Shown in pieces: positions 58,373 to 64,000 of a DNA stretch of 64,000 nt. Below the pieces are notes generated by a model. That model saw only the letters and a program-made list of their open reading frames with translations. It was not told the origin of the DNA and did not search any database. Position 1 is the first letter of the stretch. Every line of letters begins with the position of its first letter. The stretch covers positions 17,408-81,407 of the forward strand of contig DPQQ01000007.1 of the NCBI GenBank assembly GCA_003538975.1, written 5' to 3'. Source of the stretch: Clostridiales bacterium (GTDB lineage Bacteria > Bacillota > Clostridia > Christensenellales > Borkfalkiaceae). A program made the translations under genes and the position numbers.

Positions 58373-60010
58373 ATGAAAAAGAATTTTCAGGTTATATTTT
58401 TAAGCATAATAATGCTTATATCCATGTGTTTTGCGGTTACTGGGTGCAAAAAGAAGGACAACCCGTCCGGTAAAAACAAGGAATACGCCGTTTCGTTCTA
58501 CGTGGACGACGTGTTGGTGAAAACCGTTAAGTCAAAAGGAAACGAAGAAATAGATTTCCCCGAAGATCCGTCCAAAGAAGGCTACTTTTTTGCGGGGTGG
58601 GGTTGCACGTTTTCGAACGGTTATATCGAAAAATATTTTACTTCGGAATATTATAAAAACATACCGATGGGCGAAGATATAAAAGTTTTTGCTCAATGGA
58701 AGAAGAAAATCACCATACATTTCGAAATGAACGGCGGTTATTATCAGAATCACAACGAACCGGGCGAAATTCCGACAGGTCCGCTCCCCGATGAGATAAT
58801 ACGCGAAGGGCAGAAATCTCTCCGTATCAACACCGTAATAGAAAAGGCCAACAACGCCGCTTTCGCGGGATGGTACGACAATCCCGAACTCGAAGGCGAC
58901 AGAATAACCGATCCGTACTATCCGACCGAAAGCGTAACGCTTTACGCCGCATGGGTTGACGAAGCGAACGTTGTTACCGAAAGCGGATTCAAACTTTCTT
59001 ACTACGACGGCTTAGGAGGCTATTATACCGAAGGGTATTTCGGCGAAGACGTAACCGAACTTGTTATTCCGTCTTCTTATAAAGGCGTACCCGTCGTAGA
59101 GATATGGAGTCCGTTTTATTTTAAGGATTATCAGGTTTTCAACAGAACGATTACTTCGATAAAAACTTCAAAAAATCTTAAGGTGATAAAAGATAACGCA
59201 TTTCAGCTTTGCAGCGCGCTTACTTCGGTAACGATCAGCGACACCGTAGAAGAAATAGGGGACAATGCGTTCGACGTGAATTCTCTTGCGAACATCACCA
59301 TGGGCAAAAACGTGAAGTACATAGGCGCAAACGCCTTCGGTAACGTAAACAACTACAATGCGCCGGCATGGGCGAAAAGCCTCCCCGACGGTCCCGTGTA
59401 TTTAGGCAACGTTTTCTACGGATATAAGGGAATCATAAACGGATCTTTCGAGATAAAAAGCGGGACGACGGCGATTGCCGGAAATGCGTTTTACGGACAG
59501 AATCAAATGACTTCGGTAACCATTCCGCAGGGCGTCGAAATTATAGGCAGATATGCTTTCGGAGGCTGTACGCAGTTAAAAACGATAAATATGCCGGGTA
59601 CCATGACGGATATTTACGCTTACGCATTTTATAACTGTACTTCGCTTGAAAGTTTTGTTATGCCGGATTCGGTAACTTCGATAAAAGACGGTATATTCTC
59701 GGGTTGTACGAGCTTAAAAAGCGTAACGCTTTCAGAAAATCTTACAAGGCTCGAATACGGCATGTTCGAAAACTGCCCGATAACGGAACTTATCGTTCCC
59801 GAAAAGGTAGTTTTTATCGGCAACGCTTTTACAGGGAATACGACTTTGCAAAAGGTAACTATTAAGAAAGCCGAAATAGACTTCGGCGAACTGGCTATGG
59901 ATTACGTTCCCGACAGCGTAACCGCCATTTATGTGCAGGAAAATCTTGTCGAAGCCTTCAAGTCGCAATATCCCGCTCACGCGGATAAATTTTTCGCGAT
60001 AGAAAAATAA
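58373..60010 (+). CDS. Surface lipoprotein with Listeria/Bacteroides-type (Flg_new) repeats and BspA-type leucine-rich repeats
   Basis: The lipobox is MCFAVTGCKK. FAGWGC and AGWYDNPELEGDRI are Flg_new repeats. The C-terminal LRR units follow the pattern ...IGxxAFxxCxxLxSVxIP.... Confidence 0.8.
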   Translation: MKKNFQVIFLSIIMLISMCFAVTGCKKKDNPSGKNKEYAVSFYVDDVLVKTVKSKGNEEIDFPEDPSKEGYFFAGWGCTFSNGYIEKYFTSEYYKNIPMGEDIKVFAQWKKKITIHFEMNGGYYQNHNEPGEIPTGPLPDEIIREGQKSLRINTVIEKANNAAFAGWYDNPELEGDRITDPYYPTESVTLYAAWVDEANVVTESGFKLSYYDGLGGYYTEGYFGEDVTELVIPSSYKGVPVVEIWSPFYFKDYQVFNRTITSIKTSKNLKVIKDNAFQLCSALTSVTISDTVEEIGDNAFDVNSLANITMGKNVKYIGANAFGNVNNYNAPAWAKSLPDGPVYLGNVFYGYKGIINGSFEIKSGTTAIAGNAFYGQNQMTSVTIPQGVEIIGRYAFGGCTQLKTINMPGTMTDIYAYAFYNCTSLESFVMPDSVTSIKDGIFSGCTSLKSVTLSENLTRLEYGMFENCPITELIVPEKVVFIGNAFTGNTTLQKVTIKKAEIDFGELAMDYVPDSVTAIYVQENLVEAFKSQYPAHADKFFAIEK

Positions 60011-60049
60011 AAATTCAGTCAGATTTCAGTCAAAAAAAGATTGTTCTAT

Positions 60050-60085
60050 AAAAACAAGCCCGACCAAATAGTCGGGCTTGTTTTT
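60050..60085 (+). terminator. Rho-independent terminator (aaaacaagcccgac-caaata-gtcgggcttgttttt)
   Basis: Perfect stem. Confidence 0.85.
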
Positions 60086-60283
60086 ATATGGTATGGTTTT
60101 GCCATAACCGTTCCAGCCGAATATCCGCCTTGAACGATATAAAACGAAACTCTTATTTTGAAGTTTTTGATTTATATTCTTAAAAATTTAACAAAACGAT
60201 TGAATTATCTGAAATAATATGATACACTGAAAATGCCAAATCAAACGAATCCTTATTTTGCAAGGACTCTTTATATTTTTATA

Positions 60284-60444
60284 GGGGTGCATTGTACCCT
60301 TTTATATGACACATCATAGAATTTGATAAAAATGCAAATTCCATTCGGTGTGTTGTAAGTTAGTTCTTGCATAGAATCCGTTTGGTTTGGCGACTATCGG
60401 AGTTTGCGTTTTTTGTGCGGCAACTTCGGTTGTCGCACTTTTTA
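60284..60444 (+). repeat. Leader element copy B
   Basis: See copy A. It lies immediately upstream of the RBS aggaggg and the ATG at 60463. Confidence 0.8.
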
Positions 60445-60462
60445 TTTTTAGGAGGGAAAAAT

Positions 60463-60894
60463 ATGTTTAAATTGAAGAAGGTGGTTTTTTCATTTATAGG
60501 AACCTTACTGATTCTTCTAATTGCAAGTTTTTTTGTTGCATGCGGCGATGATGTCGAAGAAACCGAAAACAATTATCCTGTTGTAGGCATTTGGCACGCA
60601 CAAGCAACGTGGAGAGAAGATAATCCTTATAATTATGGTGGTGATATATGTAAATTGGATATTTGGTTTGATTTTAGAGAAGACGGAACGTTAAAAAATA
60701 AATTAATATTATTAGTTAATGGATATACCTTGAGCGATACTGATTGGATAATTGCTAATCTTACTTGGTCTGTCAAAGATAATGTTATTACATTATCGAA
60801 TGGTAAGCAGTTTGTGATTGTTGACGATGAATTTAATGATATATATCCTGATCCTAAAATGATATTACATTATAAAAAGGAATTGTCTGAATAA
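60463..60894 (+). CDS. Hypothetical lipoprotein (143 aa) with low-GC foreign codon usage
   Basis: The lipobox is LIASFFVACGDD. GC content is about 33%, against about 47% in the surrounding genes. Confidence 0.65.
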   Translation: MFKLKKVVFSFIGTLLILLIASFFVACGDDVEETENNYPVVGIWHAQATWREDNPYNYGGDICKLDIWFDFREDGTLKNKLILLVNGYTLSDTDWIIANLTWSVKDNVITLSNGKQFVIVDDEFNDIYPDPKMILHYKKELSE

Positions 60895-60918
60895 ATTTTA
60901 AACATAAGGAGACTTATA

Positions 60919-61689
60919 ATGGGAAGATATTGGAAAGTAAATTGTCCATATTGTAATGCAGAGATTGCACAGGGACATGGTTATGGGGACAAAGTCCCCG
61001 ATGTTTGGGTACCATTTATCCGCTGTGAGATTTGTGGCGGTTTGATAAAAACGGGTAGTAGTGAATATTTGACTATTCCGGTGGAAAAACGGATACGGCT
61101 AAAAAGAACAACAAAAAATTGTGAATATATAGAACAATCGTTAGATAGAACAAACAATGAAGAGTATGTAGCTTTTTTGCAAAAAAATGGTTTTATAATA
61201 TATCCGATAACCAACATAGATAAAGATAGTTTTGAAGATGTTCGGTTCGATTTATATATAAATAATCAGCCGTCTACGAGTGCTACACAATCGTTATATA
61301 ATGTGGGGATTTTAATCGAAGAAGAAAAATTGGACAAAGAAACCGGCGGAATAAAAAAAGAAATTTTAGAGAAAAATCAACAAGCCTATGATTTAAATCA
61401 AAAAATTTCGCGATGGAGCGTAGGCATAGGTTTTGCTGTTGGAATTGTTTTTACTGTTTTATTCGGGAGTATAAACCCAAATAGCTATCTCTTTCTAATC
61501 GGTATTATAATGGGGATTGGGAGTGCGGTCGCGGTATGTTTTGGAATGGAGAATTATTACAAAAATAAAGATCAACAACCAAATAATTCTGCCGCTCAAA
61601 AAAATAAAGAACCATATGATAACGGTATTGTTAGTAAAGAAAAATATCAAGAAAAAGAACGTAAAATCATCGATGATAACGAGAAATAA
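60919..61689 (+). CDS. Hypothetical protein: N-terminal CxxC...CxxC zinc ribbon, coiled region, two C-terminal TM helices; low GC
   Basis: The zinc ribbon is CPYC...CEIC. The C-terminal TM segments read WSVGIGFAVGIVFTVLF and LFLIGIIMGIGSAVAVCF. Confidence 0.6.
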   Translation: MGRYWKVNCPYCNAEIAQGHGYGDKVPDVWVPFIRCEICGGLIKTGSSEYLTIPVEKRIRLKRTTKNCEYIEQSLDRTNNEEYVAFLQKNGFIIYPITNIDKDSFEDVRFDLYINNQPSTSATQSLYNVGILIEEEKLDKETGGIKKEILEKNQQAYDLNQKISRWSVGIGFAVGIVFTVLFGSINPNSYLFLIGIIMGIGSAVAVCFGMENYYKNKDQQPNNSAAQKNKEPYDNGIVSKEKYQEKERKIIDDNEK

Positions 61690-61910
61690 TTATGAATTAT
61701 AAGAAATGTTCTTGGAGTGATGAATTAAATTACATAAGCGATGATGAATAACTTTGTGGAATGTGTAGACCACAAATAAAAATTACGTACGACTCATGCA
61801 AAAGTTGTAGAAACTGATTTTTCTCATATTATACGCGAGCGTATATATGGTGGCAATTCTTGCAAAATTTATAAAAAGTTTTGTAATACGCTTGGTTGGA
61901 AAAAACAAAA

Positions 61911-61948
61911 AAGCAAGTCGAATCTTATTGATTCGACTTGCTTTTTTA
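61911..61948. terminator. Bidirectional terminator (gcaagtcgaatc-ttattg-attcgacttgc) with T-run on + and A-run on the other side
   Basis: It sits at the 3' end of the minus-strand tRNA pair. Confidence 0.8.
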
Positions 61949-61949
61949 G

Positions 61950-62032
61950 TGGTGCGGATAAAGGGATTTGAACCCATACGGTTGCCCACAGGAACCTGAA
62001 ACCTGCGCGTCTGCCAATTTCGCCATATCCGC
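61950..62032 (-). tRNA. tRNA-Leu (anticodon CAG), type II with a long variable arm
   Basis: Reverse complement of the + strand: GCGGATATGGCGAAATTGGCAGACGCGCAGGTTTCAGGTTCCTGTGGGCAACCGTATGGGTTCAAATCCCTTTATCCGCACCA. The acceptor stem is 7 bp, the anticodon loop is TTCAGGT, and CCA is encoded. Confidence 0.8.
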
Positions 62033-62058
62033 ATGACTTTGCCGGAAAATCCGGCGTA

Positions 62059-62132
62059 TGGAGCAGGTGAAGGGAGTCGAACCCTCGAGTGTTGCTTGGG
62101 AAGCAACCGTTTTGCCGTTAAATTACACCTGC
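62059..62132 (-). tRNA. tRNA-Gly (anticodon CCC)
   Basis: Reverse complement of the + strand: GCAGGTGTAATTTAACGGCAAAACGGTTGCTTCCCAAGCAACACTCGAGGGTTCGACTCCCTTCACCTGCTCCA. The anticodon stem is GTTGC/GCAAC and the loop is TTCCCAA. Confidence 0.8.
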
Positions 62133-62374
62133 GACGACCGATTTATAATTATTCGGCTTAGCTAATATATATTATCACAAAACTTCGCGAAAAAAAAGCA
62201 AATTGTAAAACTTTTTGCGACTTTAAAAAAACGGATGAAAATTCGCGGTGAAAAATCAAAATTTTTTATAAAAAGACAAATTATAAAGGGTTTATAAAAA
62301 TTTGCGTTAACTCTTGCATTAAAAAACAAAATATTGTATAATATAACAAAAGATAAACTCCAAGGAGGGTTAAA

Positions 62375-63436
62375 ATGGCTTTATTTGCAAAAATAATCGA
62401 ATGGTCCGACGATACAAAGGATACTCTCGTATATAAATATCCCCTTAAAAAAGCGGGAAGAGAACTCAACAACAAGAGTAAACTTATCGTAAGAGAATCG
62501 CAGGAAGCGGTATTTGTTCATAAAGGACAGATATGCGACATTTTCCCTGCGGGTTCGTACGATCTCGGCACGGATATATTCCCGATACTTTCTAAACTCG
62601 CGGGCTGGCGTTACGGATTCCAGTCGCCGATCACCTGCGACATTTATTACGTTAACACGAAGCAGTTCACCAATCAGAAGTGGGGAACTTCTAACCCGAT
62701 TATCGTAAGAGATCCCGAATTCGGCATGGTAAGAGTCAAAGGTTACGGCTCGTATTCGTTTAAAGTTCAGAACGTAGAAACGTTCCTTAAAGAGCTTTTC
62801 GGAACCAACTCGTCTTTCGTTACCGAAGATATTACCGGCTGGCTTAAAACGCTCGTCGTTTCGTACATAACCGACGCTATCGGCGAAAGTAAAATTTCGA
62901 TTCTCGATATGGCGGGCAACACGCTCGAATTCAATACCATAATCAAGAACAACGTTCAGGAAAAGTTCGACGAAATCGGCTTGAGACTTGAAAACTTCGT
63001 CGTTGAAAATCTTTCGCTCCCGCAGGAAGTCGAAAAGAGAATCGACGAACGTTCCGGCTACGGCGTATTGAGCGGCGCTACCGACACCATGATGAAGGTT
63101 GCCGCAGCGGACGCAATGAAGGAAGCCGCAAAGAATCCGGGAATGGGCGGTACGTTTATGGGCGCAGGGGTAGGTCTCGGCGCAGGAGTTGGCGTTGGCA
63201 AAATTTTCAGCGACGCGCTTAACTCTAAAGAAGAACAGGCTAAACCGCAGACGGCTGCGGCTCCCGCGGCGACCGCTACGAAAGCTTGCCCCAAGTGCGG
63301 CGCGAGCGTTCCCGCAAATTCAAAGTTCTGTCCCGAATGCGGCGAAAAGATGCCCGTGGCTAAATTCTGTCCCGAATGCGGCGCAAAGGTAGACGCAGGC
63401 GCTAAATTCTGCCCCGAATGCGGAAAGAAGCTTTAA
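62375..63436 (+). CDS. SPFH/band-7 domain protein with three C-terminal KFCPECG zinc-ribbon repeats
   Basis: The N-terminal SPFH-like domain begins MALFAKIIEWSDD...VFVHKGQ. A Gly/Ala-rich linker follows. There are three CPxCG ribbons. A TTGCAT...TGTATAAT promoter lies upstream. Confidence 0.75.
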   Translation: MALFAKIIEWSDDTKDTLVYKYPLKKAGRELNNKSKLIVRESQEAVFVHKGQICDIFPAGSYDLGTDIFPILSKLAGWRYGFQSPITCDIYYVNTKQFTNQKWGTSNPIIVRDPEFGMVRVKGYGSYSFKVQNVETFLKELFGTNSSFVTEDITGWLKTLVVSYITDAIGESKISILDMAGNTLEFNTIIKNNVQEKFDEIGLRLENFVVENLSLPQEVEKRIDERSGYGVLSGATDTMMKVAAADAMKEAAKNPGMGGTFMGAGVGLGAGVGVGKIFSDALNSKEEQAKPQTAAAPAATATKACPKCGASVPANSKFCPECGEKMPVAKFCPECGAKVDAGAKFCPECGKKL

Positions 63437-63463
63437 TAATCGTTTAATCGCTTTGTTTTACAG

Positions 63464-63493
63464 TACCTGTATCGGCGAAACTTAACCGAAACG
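63464..63493 (+). repeat. Dispersed motif copy e (TACCTGTATCGGCGAAActtaACCGaaacgg)
   Basis: It lies downstream of the SPFH gene. Confidence 0.55.
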
Positions 63494-63658
63494 GTTTACT
63501 TGCGATTTATACCGAAAAATAATAGTAAAAGCGGCGTTGCGGTACGGATTCAAAGAGACATGTTACTCAAAAGCCGACCAAGTAAGAAGTAAAGCGATTA
63601 AAACATAAAAATAAGCAAAACATATTTATAGGGGCGATCGCCCCGAAGGAGATACATT

Positions 63659-63859
63659 ATGAAAAAGGAAATCACGGGAGATACCAAAATTATCGACGTA
63701 CTCGATATTAACCCCAATGCGGGCGAAATATTGATGGCTCACGGAATGCACTGCTTAGGATGCGCTCTCGCTCACGGCGAAACCGTAGCCGAGGCCGTAG
63801 GCGTTCACGGCGAAGATCTCGAACTTCTTCTCGAAGAATTAAATAACGTAGAAGAATAA
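63659..63859 (+). CDS. DUF1858-type small redox protein (CxxC)
   Basis: GMHCLGCALAHGETVAEA is the family signature. RBS gaaggag is present. Confidence 0.7.
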   Translation: MKKEITGDTKIIDVLDINPNAGEILMAHGMHCLGCALAHGETVAEAVGVHGEDLELLLEELNNVEE

Positions 63860-63975
63860 CAAATTTCGGTATATTATCCGAAAAATAAAAACGCAAGGCA
63901 ATCCAAAGCCCGGGTTCCGGACGCGGGTTGCCTTCTTAAATAAAACTGAAAAATCAGAAAAGTCAAGGGAGAGGT

Positions 63976-64000
63976 ATGACAGACGATTTTTTTGACGATT
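63976..64000 (+). CDS. Start of an unidentified CDS cut by the window edge
   Basis: RBS aagggagagg precedes ATG at 63976 (MTDDFFDD...). Confidence 0.3.

Noticed and set aside
60367-60462. N-terminal extension (MHRIRLVWRLSEF...) of the 60463 lipoprotein in the ORF track
   Set aside because: The extension is read through the conserved leader hairpin. A strong RBS aggaggg lies 8 nt before the ATG at 60463, and the lipoprotein signal peptide starts there.
61692-61751. 19-aa ORF (MNYKKCSWSDELNYISDDE) overlapping the stop of the zinc-ribbon protein gene
   Set aside because: It is too short, with no RBS and no conservation evidence. It is noted only because it sits in the foreign AT-rich segment.
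61950-62032. Possible tRNA-Sec (a UCA triplet is visible in the anticodon region if the loop is phased one way)
   Set aside because: The 7-bp acceptor stem, the 3-bp D-stem with 11-nt loop and the long variable arm are tRNA-Leu architecture. The consistent phasing gives loop TTCAGGT with anticodon CAG. tRNA-Sec would need an 8-bp acceptor stem and a 6-bp D-stem.

Overview
This is a 64-kb chromosomal window from a moderate-GC Firmicute. It looks like an anaerobic Clostridia-type organism, judging from sigma-A promoters with a TTGACA -35 box, 17-bp spacers and TATAAT -10 boxes, AAGGAGG ribosome-binding sites, Clostridia-like gene order, and a SpoIVFA/SpoIVFB-like gene pair. Almost all of the window is core housekeeping, read mostly on the + strand. 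The main landmarks, in order, are listed below.

- nth, obg, yhbY, a fused nadD-yqeK, and rsfS.
- An FMN riboswitch, then a RibU-like ECF S component that runs in-frame into tsaE, followed by tsaB and rimI.
- A murF-like gene with a polytopic N-terminal membrane domain, then ddl.
- A SpoIVFA-like LytM-domain gene and a SpoIVFB-like site-2 protease gene that overlap by GTGA.
- The rpmG, secE, nusG, rplK, rplA, rplJ, rplL cluster, with an L10-type leader.
- Two cysteine-desulfurase-family genes.
- ruvX running in-frame into a DUF1292 domain with cysteine-rich acidic tracts.
- A MATE efflux gene.
- Orphan oadB and oadG-like genes behind a terminator-containing leader.
- clpB behind two tandem CIRCE elements.
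- The rpsB, tsf, pyrH, frr, uppS, cdsA, dxr, rseP operon.
- gdhA, a PlsC-like acyltransferase, and pyk.
- A MocR-type regulator divergent from an ECF S component.
- A membrane-anchored permuted-papain-like protein and an orphan beta-class DNA methyltransferase.
- Two lipoprotein genes, each behind a copy of the same roughly 160-nt leader element.
- A compositionally foreign AT-rich two-gene cassette abutting tRNA-Leu(CAG) and tRNA-Gly(CCC) on the minus strand.
- An SPFH protein with three C-terminal zinc ribbons.

Accessory content sits at the left end: a divergent XRE regulator pair, then a 1044-aa surface lipoprotein with near-identical 222-bp tandem repeats. An ECF sigma / anti-sigma pair sits near 12.6 kb.

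The observations most worth a second look, none of which is a proven new system, are:
- The riboswitch-controlled RibU-TsaE fusion.
- An oriented intergenic motif, TACCTGTATCGGCGAAA, with 6-7 copies.
- The duplicated leader cassette upstream of two lipoprotein genes.
- The membrane-domain MurF.
- The RuvX-DUF1292 fusion.

No CRISPR array, rRNA gene, transposase or integrase was seen.
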